DNA of 63,994 bases, filler included, from Bonamia ostreae (GCA_040357525.1; 8 parts of 8 records of this genome joined end to end with filler, not necessarily neighbours in it), one strand, 5' to 3'. Shown: positions 12,005-25,836, counted from the first letter of the whole stretch. Translations and numbers: made by a program. The notes: generated by a model not told the origin, from the sequence alone.

Positions 12005-13222
12005 ATGGATAACAATTTTGAAGAAGAGTCTATTTTCGACCAAAAAGTATTTTTGGAAATATTTTCAAATTTGACAAAACGTAAAAAGAAATTTGAAAAA
12101 ATTCCAAAAATCGATTTTAATCAGATTAACGACATTTTGCAAAACCATTTCCAAACAAATTGCAACAAAAATTCACAAAATAAATTGGATCATAATAAAT
12201 TTTGTCAAAAAGACTATCTTTTGGATTCAAAATATTTCAACATCGATAAAAATATTATTGTTAACAACAATAATGATCTCTTTCAAAATGATAACAAAAA
12301 TATTATTGATCATCGCAAAAATGGCGAAGACAAAAAAATTGATTGCAGTAAACTTATTGAACAAAATAAAGACTTTGACAAAACAGATTTTATAAAAAAT
12401 GCCGAAAACAATGAAAATTTAATTACAACATTGTTGCCATACCGATTTTCGAGTACTAAAAAATTGGAAAATTATCTGGCTGTTTTCAGTCCTTATTTCT
12501 ATCTTACTCCAATAGCTTCACAGTTTGCCATAATAAACGATAATATTAATGGATTAGTTCGTTTTCATTTCGTGAAAAGAAAAGAAGTTTTCTCGCAAAT
12601 GTTAAAATTTTACAAAAAAAAAACTGGATTTATAAAATTTTTAATGTAAAAAGAAAATATTATTTTTCAGAGAAAAATTTGAAAAACGACGAGTTTTTGA
12701 GAAGAAACGCGGACAGAAACGGCTTCATTAAAATAGATTTGCTTCTCGAGTTTCCTTGTCTTAAATTTAATCTTGTTTCTATCGACCTAATAAAAGAGGT
12801 TCTTTTATTCTAATTTAAATTTGCCGTTAATAAAATTAAAATTTGTTGTTTGAAATATCTCGAATAAAAATTTGACCAAATTTAACTTTGTTATTATGAT
12901 GAAGTGCTGTGTAGAATTAAAAGAATTGGAGTACTTTTGTGGATATATCAGATCAAGCCAGTTTTGGTGGAAATACAAAGCAGTTAAGTTGCCAAAAAGG
13001 CCAGAAGCAAATTTGGCATACGACATTCCGATAAAACTAATGAAAGACGTTTTGATGGATCGACTGCAATACAAAAAAGTGAACGAAAGTTCATTCGCCA
13101 TATTTAACGAGAAGAAGAGTAAAACGAAATTTTGCCCTTTTGCGAATTTTGTTAATCGAAATAGAATTGGATACTATGACGTCACTTCGAACACCAACGT
13201 TTTTTTGAGAAATTTGAAATAA
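12005..13222 (+). CDS. La-motif (LARP-like) RNA-binding protein; intron 12601-12653 plus a second intron
   Basis: Spliced SQI|KYYFSEKNLKNDEFLRRNADRNGFIKIDLLLEF matches the La HTH pattern QIEYYFS..NL..D.FL...D..GF. Confidence 0.8.
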
Positions 13223-13338
13223 ACGTTGGAAATTTTGATATTTTGTTTTTAACAAATTACAAAAACGATTTTTGATATTAATTTTTCAAAACAGCAAATT
13301 ACAAAAATATCAAAGGATCGAAATTAAAAATTTTGAAT

Positions 13339-16029
13339 TTATTTTTGTTTGAAAAAAGATCTAACGCCTTTGATACATTGACCGAATTTTGAGCAGTTGA
13401 TTTTTTTCTTTTTGATCCAATCACTAATCCCTTCGCTCAAGTTTTCATCCAAAGAATATCGTTTGTCTATTAAAATTATGCAAGCAAAATCTTCTCGCCA
13501 TCTTATCGCACTTCAATAAATTTTCATTTTTTTGTAAAAACATGAAAATAATTTACTAATAAGAAATAAATTTTTAATTTTTTGGACATTAAAAATTTTA
13601 TAAATTTTTGACAAACTGTTAATTGCTAAAAAATCTCAAAACCGCCCAATTGATTGATTGATCGTTTTGATACAAATATTTTGATAAAATTTGTCGCCAG
13701 ATTTATTTTTGATTTTGTTAAAATAATTTATTCGTTCATTCAATTCCAGATCTTTTCTGTTCGGATACGGAACGCCAATACAAACCACTCCGCTTTAAAA
13801 TTTGCCAAAATTAAGAAAACTGTTAATCGAAAATTTTAATTTTTAAAATTTTGACCGAGCCAAATCATCTTTAAAATTTATTCCTTCCGAAAACTTCCCA
13901 CCGTAAACACAAAATAAAAAGCCGCCGTTATCGAATTTGATTGAATTGTAATATTGATTTAAAATATCTTTGACGTCGCTGTTATTTTTTGGTTCAATGA
14001 ATATTTTCTGTTTTTTTGATTCGCGTTTTGGACAAATTTTAGTTAAATTTAAAAGTCTAAATTTGCAAAATTATTAAATTTAACAAAATCTAATTTACAA
14101 CTTTGGAAACTTTTTTATTGTTTAATTTGTCGAATAATCCATTTTGTTTCCAAAAATTGATGATTTGTGTCAAGTATGAAAACGACTGGAAAAAGCAAAC
14201 AATTCCAGCTGGAATCGAGATAGAAAAATTTAACAAAGCAAATGCCAAATCTTTTAACATTTTTTCGTCTTTTCTGTTTCTTAAATTAGTGATTAGAACT
14301 TACAAAAAATTTAATCCACCAAAATTTCTAGAAAAAATCTAAAAATGCCAAAATTTAGAGTAAATCAATTTAAACAAAAATTTACAAAAAATCATTTAAA
14401 AACGCCAAACAAAAATCAAAAATTTTATTTGTCGGTCCATTTTTTAGACAAAAAGCGGCAATTTTGTCATCTTCGACAATATGGCCACAGCTAAAATATT
14501 CTATTTTTTTCTTCAAATTTGGCATCAAAACAGAAACAAAATCTTCAAACGGTTTCAAAGTGCCTCCAACAAGAATTGTACTTTTAGACTTGTTCAGGAC
14601 ATGTTCCATTTCGTCTGATATCAAAAGTTGCCACAATCTTCATCATTATAAATAAACTTTATTAATTTATCGCCATTTTTGGCATTGACGAAAATCGATA
14701 TTCTAGACGATTCTGTTGTTTTAGTGGCCATCGTTTTCGCAAATTCTAAAATCTTTTCAAAGTTGATGTTGCTCTGAATTTCCTCGTCTACGAATTGTCT
14801 CTTTTTATTTAAATTTGCTCAAAAATGTTCAAACCAACTCTAAAAATTTGTTCAAAACCATTTTTTTGCTAATATTGTTTTCTTCAAAATATTGAATTAA
14901 AGGATTAAGGTTAAAGTCTTCTATTTTAGACAATCTTTCAAATTCGACGACTGAGAAAATTTTGGTAAAATCTTCAAAATTTTCCAAAAAATGACCCAAA
15001 TTCGTTAAAAAATTTTCCATTTTTTCCAGTTTTTGCAAATTTTGCCGAGAAAATCTGTTTTTGTACTTATTTTTGTACAAGTTTAAGTTTTCAGCAAATT
15101 TGCTAAAATCGTTTTGAGCAACTGTTTGAGAGTACATTTGAAATAGCGCTTCTATCAAATTATGTGCTTCATCTATTACAACAACGCTGTTTTCGATACT
15201 CATCTCCAGATTCGATCTACTTGTTTCATGCAACAATGAATTATAAGGCGCTAATATTATTTCTGCTTCGTTTTTGGCCTTTTAACGCAAATTTTCAAAA
15301 TTGATTTTTAGTAAAATTTACCAAAGTTAAAATTTCAATTGTTGCAAACATGGCGCGTTCCATAATAAGGACAAGCGCAAATTTCTTGACCCAATTTTCT
15401 GATTTCTGGCAAATTGAGCGGTTTTCTGTTCGAAAAGAGTTTCTTTCTTAAAATTAAAAATTAAACGCAAAATCGTCATTTTTGCCCCAAAAAGGACATT
15501 TTTTGGAGGAATCGATCAGATCTCTGCATTTGTTGTTGATTTTATCAATGTTTTCAAGTTTTACTACTTTCTCGTGAACGCAGAGATTCTTTCGGGATCC
15601 CAGAGAAACGACATTGATTTTCTTTTCCAGTTTGAGTTTTTTGATTTCGTCGACGATTTGGTTCAACTGGGAGTGCGTTCTTGAGAGGTAAATTACTTTG
15701 ACGCCTTCAGATTTTGGAGTGATTTTGTATAATTTTCTTTTTTTGTTTATAGCGCCGATTTGCTCAAAATTCGCCGTTGGTTCCGCAAAATCGTGAACCC
15801 AACCAGGCAGATTTTCCGGCAAATCTTCAATGTTGTCGTTGTTGTGTTGTTCGTCGATTAACCAAGAAACTACAGCGCAAAGTACACTTAAAGATTTTCC
15901 AGTACCAGTCGGACTTTCGAATATGCCTATATTCGAGTTTTTGATCGTCTTCACGATTGCGTTCATCAGTTTATTTTGGATTCTATAAGGCTCAAACGGG
16001 AAAATTGAGATTAGAGCTTCTGTGGCCAT
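13339..16029 (-). CDS. DDX11: CHL1/DDX11 Fe-S DNA helicase, multi-exon
   Basis: FPFEPYRIQ, GIFESPTGTGKSLS, SRTHSQL.Q, LGSRKNLCV, CPYYG, VIDEAHNL, GGTLKP, FSCGHIV, GGKFSEGINF.DDLAR, GVPYPN, NQSIGR|AIR. Confidence 0.95.
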
Positions 16030-16902
16030 TTTAACGAAATTTTTATTGTTTTGTGATTTAGAGGTTTAGACAAATTTTATTAAATTTGATTTTATAGGAA
16101 ATGGCGGCCTAGTGGATTTGTATGTTTTGGGCTTATTGTAAATCAGGGGTTCGATCCATTCCGTTGTCATTTTCACAATTTTGAGAGTCATCAACAATGA
16201 GATGATTTTTTGTGTCTTTATCTTTCTAATATTGGATTTTCCGTACATTATTCTATTCAAAATCTTTTTGATACAAATAGATAAAAACAATGGAACACCA
16301 GGTTTAATAATTTGAGACCAAAATCTAAAAAGTATTTAATATCCAAAAATAAAAGATTAATAAACCGCAATTTAAAAAATGGAAAACAAATTAAAAAAAA
16401 TATTAAACAACTCGAGTCCGTGAAAGTATCCACCATAACCTACTCTGAGGATTAATAAGAAATAATTGTGAAAATAAATATTNNNNNNNNNNNNNNNNNN
16501 NNNNNNNNNNNNNNNNNNNNNNNNNNTTAATTAATTAANNNNNNNNNNNNNNNNNNNNNNNNNNNNNNNNNNNNNNNNNNNNTTGGCCATTTAATTAATA
16601 GAACTATAGTTCTTACAGAACGTTTTTGAGTGAAATAAAGTGACAGAAGCGATTAATTAAATCGCATTAACTTACAAAACGAAAAAATAAGAGCCATTCG
16701 TCAATAAAAATTAAACTCGCCAATTTTATATGCGAAATAGACTTAAAGTGAATCGTTAGAAAAAATGGCGAATCCACAACCATTCCATAATCTAAAACAA
16801 ATAACATTTTCACAAAACTCTGAAAGCGAAATTTAAACAAAACCTCGTTTTAGAAATTTCACATATGTCGTAAACGAACCACAAGACTAAATTCACACAA
16901 AA

Positions 16903-17646
16903 ATGCTCTCACTCAAAAAGCACCTCTACACGTTAACTCGCGGACACTTCGCAAAAGCCCGTCGGACTATCACAACAGAAGAACTATTGCACGACAGGCT
17001 TTACAAAAGACCGACGAAAAGACTTCAGTTCGGACGATTCCCCGTTTACGACACGGAGGCCGATCCTTCTATAGACAAGATCGACCAGTCTCGTTATTCC
17101 CCGCGCGGCTTGTTCGAACCGCTAAAGCCGTCTTGGGGCAAACAGCCGCGCAAGCCGACGGAGGTCGGGAAGCCGGCTGACATCTCGCACATGATGCCCC
17201 ACGTCAGAAGCGGGGCGTTCGCAGACAGATCGTTGGTGCCGGAGGAGTTGGTGCTGCGAGGCGGCGACCCGGTCCATCTCCTCTACAACAGCAAATTCGT
17301 CTCGCCGAACGCCCCTTATTTGGACATGAAGACAACGTACACGTTCAAAAAAGACGGCGACGCGAAGATAAACAGCAGCGAGACTCATCGGCGCCCAGAA
17401 GACGCTTTGAACTTTGCAGATCGGGCCGTGCAGCGTTTCTTGGACGATAGGTTCGTCGATTTGGGCTCTTCGATGGGGACGATCGTTCTCGTCGGATTCT
17501 ATTTCTATGTGATTTACAAGCTTTTCAAAGGTGTGCTCAAGTCGAAGATTCATTTTGGCGGATCGGAGACGGATTTCGACTATTTGCCGATCGACGAATA
17601 CTTTAATCATCTGGAGGACAAATCTCGAGATTACATAATAGAATAA
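16903..17646 (+). CDS. Intronless 247-aa protein with putative mitochondrial presequence and one TM helix, function unknown
   Basis: Long GC-richer ORF; basic N-terminus MLSLKKHLYTLTRGHFAKARR; TM segment MGTIVLVGFYFYVIY. Confidence 0.8.
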   Translation: MLSLKKHLYTLTRGHFAKARRTITTEELLHDRLYKRPTKRLQFGRFPVYDTEADPSIDKIDQSRYSPRGLFEPLKPSWGKQPRKPTEVGKPADISHMMPHVRSGAFADRSLVPEELVLRGGDPVHLLYNSKFVSPNAPYLDMKTTYTFKKDGDAKINSSETHRRPEDALNFADRAVQRFLDDRFVDLGSSMGTIVLVGFYFYVIYKLFKGVLKSKIHFGGSETDFDYLPIDEYFNHLEDKSRDYIIE

Positions 17647-17837
17647 ATGTGCACATGTTTGTTAACGGATTTCAATATAATCGACAAGTTTGGAGCTTAA
17701 AGTTGAGTGTTAACATGGCCACTCGTAAATGCTTTTTTAAGTTTGCTTTGCGTTGGCCGAAGCACAGCTTTGCGTAAAAATATAAATAACGACAAAATTA
17801 AGAATAAAAAATTTGCACAAAAATAGGGACAAAAAAT

Positions 17838-19440
17838 TTAATAAAATTTTTGATTGTCGTATGGTCTAGTTGATTTACATAAATGCTTCTTTTCGTAAAG
17901 CGGATATGTGAGGAGTAATAGAACTGATAACGTCAATAAAATCATCGGAAAAGATGTCGTGACGTTTTTTATTCGGATCCCTATTTCATTGAGTTTGGCT
18001 TCATCTATAGCCGAAAGATCTGGATCCAGTAATTCGGGTTCAAATGATTTAAGGTACAGCCCGATAATCAACGTGCCTGCTCCGTAGCCGATTCTTGTTG
18101 TGCTTGATTGATGGCCGTTGAGAACTGCGTTGCGTTCGTAGCCCAATTTTCTGTCGTTGATGATTATTTGGTCCAACATACAACGGATACAATAGTACCC
18201 GGCCGAAGTACCGATCCCGTTTAAAATGCAGGCGGAAAACAAGGCAAAATCCCCAGCAAGCGAGTCAGTAACCCAAAAATCGAACAAGTAGAAAGAAATA
18301 ATGAGAAGTAACAAGCCGAAGATAAAAGACCAGCGCATTTCAATAATATCCTTAAGTTTGTGAAGAAGAAATGTTCCCAAAACAACAGAAGATAATATGG
18401 TTATTAAACAGTAGTTAAAGTATCGTGATTTTCTTTTTATTTTCAGTTAACGCAACAATAAATATGAAATTTTTTAAATAAGAAGCAAACAATGGTAATG
18501 CTTTATAAGCATCCGTTGTAACAAGTAAAGTTAAAAATAAAAACTTTACACTCAAATCAAGATATTGTTTGATATTGCTATTGATAATCTGAATCGACAT
18601 TTGCACCAAGAAATTAACCAACATTAATCCAATAAAAGCACAATGGCTGTAAACTGTAACGATGTGCCAAATTTTCCAGGGTTTTCTACTAACGCTTTCT
18701 GTTGATTCTTCTACCGGTTTGTATTTCGGGAATTTTAACAAAATCAAACAAAAGATCTGGCATAAGAACATAAAAATCGCCGAATAAACTCCAATAATGA
18801 TTATTCCCGCGTTTTTATCTTCAACATCACTGTTTTTCCCCACCACTAAATTCATGTATATATTCCCTTTTTGGATTATTGACATGTACATGCACTAGCA
18901 TATTGTTAATCAAATAATAATGACTCGCAAATAAAAAAATATTATAAACCAACAAGGCATCCTCCGTTGGTAAATACTGTGCGTACCATAGTAAAATTCC
19001 ATTTGATATTCTTATCATCAGACATTTCAGAAGCAAGCGCCGAATAAGGCGATTTGTAGAAGCTTTTTCCGAGGTTGAAGATCAGCAAAACGATAATACA
19101 ATAAATCACTACATTGTTGTGACCGTTGATAGCTTTACTAGTCATGAAAATTCCATAAGACAAGGGGACAACAATAGCTGATACGAATACGAAACCAGAA
19201 CGTCGCCAGTTTTTCTTTACCGAATCGGAAATCAACCCGATAACCGGGTCGAACACTGCGCTGACTGACCATACGATGGCATTTATTTTTCCATAATTCT
19301 CGAAACTTAGTTTTAGTCGAGTTACAATTATGTAGACCATAAAGGTTGTCGTGCCGGACACAGAGAAACCGATAGCTATTGGTTAAATAAAAACGTATAG
19401 AGCCGATGCCATAAATCAAATATCTAGTTATTAATTCCAT
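17838..19440 (-). CDS. MFS transporter, GPH/MFS_2 (MelB/MFSD2-like) family; introns include 19394-19376 (19 nt) and 18544-18433
   Basis: FDPVIGLISDS..WRR, PYSALASEMSDD, many TM helices; intron positions shared with the paralog at 21717. Confidence 0.8.
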
Positions 19441-19936
19441 CTTTTATATCGAAAATACAAATAAACGGTTTGTCTGAGCAATTTTGTCGATAATTTAATT
19501 TTTAATATTACAGATTACGCTATCTTTCTAATTTAAATGCAACATGGTTTGCTGTATGTTAAATTAGTTTCTATTTTTTACTTTCGATTGTTTAGAATCT
19601 TGACAAATCTTGACTATCGCGTTGCAGATTTTATTATCCTGAATGGAAGTATGTTGTCAAGTCCTGGAGCCTTATGTATCCGCATGTTTTTGCAAACTTC
19701 TGAGATTTCATTGCAAGACAATTTTTGTCCTTTTTAGATAATTTTTCACGCTCCTCTAACTTCAAAAAAATTTTTAGCAAAAACATCAAAGATTTCAGTC
19801 TTCTTCAATTTTTAACCCAGTTTGAAATTTTGTAAAGCAGAAATTATGGAAACGAATTACGAGAGAAATTTTGTAAAGTCGATTAAAATTTTAAACGCAA
19901 AGCAACTTTACAAAATATCCCATATAATTTAGTGAA

Positions 19937-21126
19937 ATGCCGATAACCAAAAAAGTGAAAGAGATAGCAACCAAAAAAATCAAAACAATAAGCGCTGTGA
20001 ATAACTACAAAGCCGCTGAAATATCGAATTTCAAATTGAATCGATTTATCAAATTAAAAGAAAGGACATTTCCATTTTTAGCTGTAAAACTTTTAACGTA
20101 AAGGATCAAATCAAAAATAAAGTGATTGTAGAAATGGAATCGTCCTCAATCAATCCTATAGACATTTTCATAAAAAACGGCATTGGATGGAGGCTAAACT
20201 CCGTCGACGACAAAGTGCAGTTCCCTATCGTTACCGGGATGGAAGGATTCGGCACCGTCGTCGAAACTGGCAAATACGTCCTCAATTTTAAGGTTTCTCG
20301 CAAAATTGCAGAAAGGAGACAAAGTCGTGTTTTCAGAGTTTTCGTTCCATAGCGAAGGTTCGCACGCGACCCACAGAGCGGTCGACCAGCAAAACGTGGC
20401 CATCGCTCCCAAGGGGGTTTCGAAGGAATTTAAAGGCGCCTTCTCCTACGCCGCACTGACCGCGATCGAGTCGGCCAAAAGACTAAAGAACTTCAAAAAA
20501 GGCTGCGAAGTTTTGGTTATCGGGGGCTCTGGAGCTGTCGGCAGTTGCTTGATCCAAATGTTGGCCCAGAAAGAATGCACGATAGATTCTTTGAGCGGAC
20601 GCAAAAACATCTCCTTCTGTAGAGGGCTGGGCGTTCGCTCGGCTTTCTCGTACGCTGACACAAATTTATTCGAGGATGTTTGTATCAACAATCGCTCCAG
20701 CTCGGAAAACGCAGATACGACGCGATAATCGATTGCGGGAAATACAAAAAGGCGGACGAAGAAAGGTTCATCCCCTTGGTGAAGGGCGGAGGGCATTTTC
20801 TGACCTACAACAACCCGGTTTTCGAGACGGTGGACGCGAACGGGATTTTAAAGGGGATGGCGAAGTGCATCGGCGAGTCCTTGAAAAAAAAATTTTACAA
20901 TCGCTTTTTTAGGAAGGTCAAGTACTCGTGGATGACAATACGGCCCAATTCCAGCTACTTAAAAGAAGTAGTTGACATGGTCGAACAAAAAAAGCTGAAT
21001 ATACGGATCGACTCCGTTTTTCCTCTTTCTAAACTAGGAGATGCGTTTCAAAGAGCTGAAAGCGACGAATGTAAAGGGAAGGTAGTCATACTCAATTCCT
21101 TCAAGAATTACAAAAAGATAGATTAA
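19937..21126 (+). CDS. MDR-family NADPH quinone oxidoreductase (RTN4IP1-like); introns 20084-20103, 20293-20311, 20678-20700
   Basis: SSINPID, FP.VTG.EG.GTVV..G..V..FK|KGDKV, AALTA, VLVIGGSGAVG, IDSVFPL, KGKVVI. Confidence 0.88.
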
Positions 21127-21716
21127 ATAACAAGTTTGTTTGCAGTTCAGATTGATTACGCTTTCCGTTCAAATTAATGCCTGCTTTTTTCATAAAAACC
21201 TTTTCAAGCCATGAAAAAATTTTGTAACCTTTTGATTGATGTAGAAAAAAAGACCTTTTATAAAAATTTAATGTTCGCGTTATTAAATTCGACTGAATTG
21301 GAATCGGGAAAGACGGTCCATTGAACGAGAATAATATTTTATCTCTTAAGAACCAAAATTATTTGACTGAGGTTGCTACTAAACATTTCAGACATTGAGA
21401 TCATGAGCCCCCAAATTCCAAATAAATATAATCCAAATTAAAAAATTCTTAATTTAAAGCATTCCATTCTTCAATATTACATCGTATTCCATTCTTAATT
21501 TATAGCGCCACAATCTTGTCTATTTTCGCAAACTCGATCAAAGTTTGCCCCAAAATCAGTCTATCTCCATAACCCAGAATGTCGGCGCTAAGGCGCAAAC
21601 CGAAGAGTATATGTAAAAACGGCGGTTTAGGGAAAAGAAAAATGTATAACTTTCGATACTAAGATAATTAAGGAAATGAATGTAACCATATATTACTAAA
21701 CCAACAGAAACCAATA

Positions 21717-23192
21717 ATGCCTATTTTGAACGCATTGTTCTACGGGCTGGCAGCGACACGTTTGCATTTTTTAGTTTTCAGCTATTGGATACTCAAGCAC
21801 TATAACGAGCACTTTTATGTTCTATCTCATCGTTCAGCAAATGAAGCTATCTATTTCAGACTACGATTTAATCAGTACGGTTACGTATGGCATCACATTT
21901 ATGTTTGACCCGTTGGTGGGTTCTCTTTCAGATTCTTTTAGTTGCAAAATGCGTCGTACTGGGTTCATTTTTGTCGCAGCTTTCATCATCCCCATCTCAT
22001 ATTTGGCTTTATTGATGAACGTAAGTTTCGAAGACCACACAGACAAGATAGTTTATATCATAGTAGTGATCTGTTTCTACAATCTCGGGAAGAGTTTCTC
22101 TAAAGCGCCGCTTACCGCCCTTGGATCAGAAATAACCGACGAAGACAATAGTTGGTATATTGCGTTTCGAACAGTGCTCTACAATCTGGGTATTATTTTG
22201 GGTTTCCATTTAATATGTCAATTAATGTTGAAGGGACTGGAACAGTAGAATTGGTTATATCAAATTCCAAATCGTATAGTGATGAAATCGACGCTCTGGG
22301 AATTTCTGCCGTTTATTCTGCATTTTTCATGTATCTCTGTTATATGGCCATGCTGATATTGCTGGAAATCACCAAAAAAAAGAGTAGGAGCAAACAATCT
22401 GGATTCAGGTGTTCAGATTTCTATAAGATTTTCGGTCATTTTGTTTATATCGCACTGGTGATAATCAATCTGATGTTTCAGGTGAGTAACAACCTTGTAA
22501 TAATAAATATGAATCAGTACCTCAAATACAGCGTCGAGTTTTTTTTAATCCATTTTATAAGACGAGATGGATGGTTGTTTAAATGCACGTGTGCGCTGAC
22601 TGGATCGGTAGTTGTTTCTCCTTTTCTGATAAAAAAAATCGAAAAGCCAGTTGGGTTAATCAAATTGTTTTTAATTGGAACAATTGTTTATCTAATTTCT
22701 TTGTACATCATGGGCTTTTGGGTGGTTAAAGGCGCGATTGGAGATGCTTTGCTAATTTTAAGTTGTATTATGAATGGTTTTGGGGTTGCAACATCGTACA
22801 TTTGTATTCGAAAAATACAGGAAATTATCTATGAACGCGACAAGTATCTTGGCAGAGACAGAAAAGCGATTTATCCAGCTATCAACTCATCAATTACAAG
22901 ACTCGGATATCTATTTACAAACAAAATCGTCGCATATTTTCTGAAAAATTCGGATGAATTTTTCAAGCATCCAAAGCAAGCTGTATTTGGGCATGAAGCC
23001 CAGAAAGTAGGTAGATTAATCATAGAAGTGATGGTATACATACCCATGGCATTGCTTGCTTTTACTTCTATTCTCATCTCTCTTTATACGTTCTATAAAG
23101 ATTGGTATCTTATTGATGATTTGAAACCGGAAAAGTATTTACACGATTTCAAAGGTAAAGATGCAGAAAAGAGCTTGGGGATAACAATTTAA
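21717..23192 (+). CDS. MFS transporter, GPH/MFS_2 family paralog; introns 21760-21781, about 22202-22233, and a 24-nt in-frame intron near 22538
   Basis: FDPLVGSLSDS..RRTGF, PLTALGSEITDE; colinear with the 17838-19440 gene. Confidence 0.8.
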
Positions 23193-24095
23193 GTCACAGT
23201 AAAGTCAAACCATATTTTTTTGCTTTTGTTTGTAATTTTAATTTCAAATAATGTGCTTCAGAACTTTTTGTGCCTTCATGAAACGCAGAATAGAGAATTA
23301 GAATATAGCGAATANNNNNNNNNNNNNNNNNNNNNNNNNNNNNNNNNNNNNNNNNNNNNNNNNNNNNNNNNNNNNNNNNNNNNNNNNNNNNNNNNNNNNN
23401 NNNNNNNNNNNNNNAGAACTTTTTGTGCCTTCATGAAACGCAGAATAGAGAATTAGAATATAGCGAATAGGGGAGTAAAGAGACTGTATTGTTCTGAATT
23501 GTGTAAAAGTAGAAATTTTATGCAAAAAATGCAATTTACTTAAATTAAGAATTTGCTTTTAAATTAATTGTTACAGTGTATATAAAAGCATCAAATTTTT
23601 GGTATTTTCATTTTATTTATAATTGGTGAGATTTTTCAATGAGAGGGTCTAGGATCTGACCGCCTTCCAATTGTAGTAGGAATACAGAAAACTTTAAAAC
23701 ACAGAAACACCGGCTTTATATAAAATGTAAACTGAAGAATTTTAAAAACATTTAAATATGTTGATTTTAATCAGTTAAACAATAAAAATTTAAAAATATT
23801 CTTATAGAAGTAGCCAACAAAACAAGTATCGGCCATGTTTATGTTGGAAAACCATAGTGGAACGATACTTGTTTAAGAAATTAAAAAAATAAACGTTGCG
23901 AGGAAAGATGGAATCAGACAAAACTCTCATACGCCGATTGAAATATAAAAACGAGCCAAAAAAGCCATTGAGGAGAAAACAGCCATTGGATAAATTAATA
24001 ACAATTGTTCCAAAATTGTTTAAAACCAATTTTTATGTAAAAGTCATTTTAAACATAAATTTAATATACTCGTGTTAATTTTGTTTATGAACATT

Positions 24096-24225
24096 TATTC
24101 ATGTAATTTAATCAGGTTATCCATTGAGGATTTATTTGGTATAAATCCTGATTGTTTAGGTGAAAAATGTTTTAAATGTTCCCTAAAATTTTGCTCGTAA
24201 CAGAGAGGAGTGAAATTGGTCTCAC
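24096..24225 (-). mobile_element. Degenerate non-LTR (LINE) reverse transcriptase relic
   Basis: Minus-strand fragments VRPISLLSVTSKIL and PKQSGFIPNKSSMDNLIKL, broken by a stop and frameshift. Confidence 0.65.
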
Positions 24226-24670
24226 AGCATAATTAATAATGAATTTTTTAATGGTTAAAGAAGTTTGAAAGGGCGATAAAAACTACCATAAAATCAAGTT
24301 TAGGTCGAAGTACAAAATGTTTAAACAGAGAAATTCAAAAAATGTGGCAACAAACGTTATTTATAAGCTTCGAGCACAAAAAATGCATATACGGCTAAAT
24401 TTGCTTTTATTGCTAAATGCTAAATTTTAATTAAAATTTTATAATAAATTTAAAATCAAAATCAAAATAATTTTGGCTTAAGGGTGTATACACAATATAC
24501 CAAGGCAGTAAGATTTTTTTCGTTATTTTTCCGAAATATTAATTTTTTGCAATTTTGATAATCAAGTGGANNNNNNNNNNNNNNNNNNNNNNNNNNNNNN
24601 NNNNNNNNNNNNNNTTAATTAATTAANNNNNNNNNNNNNNNNNNNNNNNNNNNNNNNNNNNNNNNNNNNN

Positions 24671-25010
24671 AGAAGTATCCTTTTTTTATAGAACTAAAAA
24701 GTTCAAATCCAGTTGATGACGCTAAAGCATATTTTAAAGACAATGAATTCAATTATTATGAAAAGTGCCGTATTTGCAATGATGAGTTTAAAGAATGTAA
24801 TAGCAAAATTCTCTGTGGTTATTGTCGCCATATAATGTGCGAAAATTGTCTAATTAAAATGTGCTTCGATATTTTAGAATGTCCTTTTTGCAGAGAGCAT
24901 TTTGCAGATTCGAGAATTAAATACATTTCTGAAAAGAATGGAATAGAGGTAGGGAAAAGTAAAAATCATTCTTATTACAACATTCTTTTATTTTATGACA
25001 ATTTGAATTA
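24671..25010 (+). CDS. TM-RING E3 ligase-like gene, copy 1 (3' part at contig start)
   Basis: Essentially identical to 26160-26499. Confidence 0.8.
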
Positions 25011-25836
25011 AATTTACAAGTCGTTATAATGAAATCATTTGTTATAAACAAAAAACGCTAAAAACGAAAATAAATTGAGTTATCTAATAAGTCTTCGTTA
25101 AAAGGAAATAAGAGATTTCATTAAATCGCCATTAATCGAAAAAAAGAAAATAGAAATTCGATTTATCCATTAAAAAAATAACTGAAATCGGAAGATAAAT
25201 GTTAATCGAAAATGTCATGTAAAAACAATAACTGCATCTCTTTTTAATTGCAATTAATTACAAAATCTTTTTAATTACAAACTTTTTTTATTATTGATGT
25301 TATTGCAATTTAGTTTTTATTGTTGTTGTTTTAAATATTGATTTAGTTGTTTTTATTGTTACAAACATGCCACTATAAATACAACTCAATTCGCACATTT
25401 ATTGTCTTGAGAGATATCCTCTCCAAAACAAAAGAGTAAAGGCCAGAGTGAATAATCATAGAGGATGGATTCCCTCTGTTATACAAAACTTAAATAAATA
25501 AAAATAATCGAAAAAATATTTAACTTTGTTAAAAATGAAATTAAAAAGTTAAGCAAAAAATTATCACATGGACAAATTAAATATTATAAAAAGCAAATTA
25601 AAAAAATAAACATTATGTTTTGGAGTGAAATAAAGGGGCAAATGCGATTGAATAAATCATTTTTAAATAATAATAATACATTTTTGGTAACTTCCATTAA
25701 ATATATTGTGTAATAACAATTTATGTTTCGTTGTAGTGCAAATTCTGTATTTAAAGATCTTATTTAAAAAATCTAGTTTGGTTTGTCAGAATTAATTAAT
25801 TTTGCTTCATAATAAAAACTATTTTACGGATTTAAA

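Noticed and set aside
17122-17610. Long antisense ORFs over GC-richer genes (also 40975-41481, 58162-58749, 20446-20796)
   Set aside because: They are shadows of real genes' codon bias, with no recognisable motifs.
21380-21420. GGGGCTCAT (minus strand) resembling RNase MRP CR-V, and ACAGAAACACCGGCTT near 23701 resembling RNase P CR-V
   Set aside because: No matching CR-I (GAAAGUCCCC or GGAA-type) partner was found at a suitable distance.
23260-23468. Direct repeat flanking a 100-N gap (similar case at 59283-59493)
   Set aside because: Most likely overlapping contig ends left unmerged by the scaffolder.
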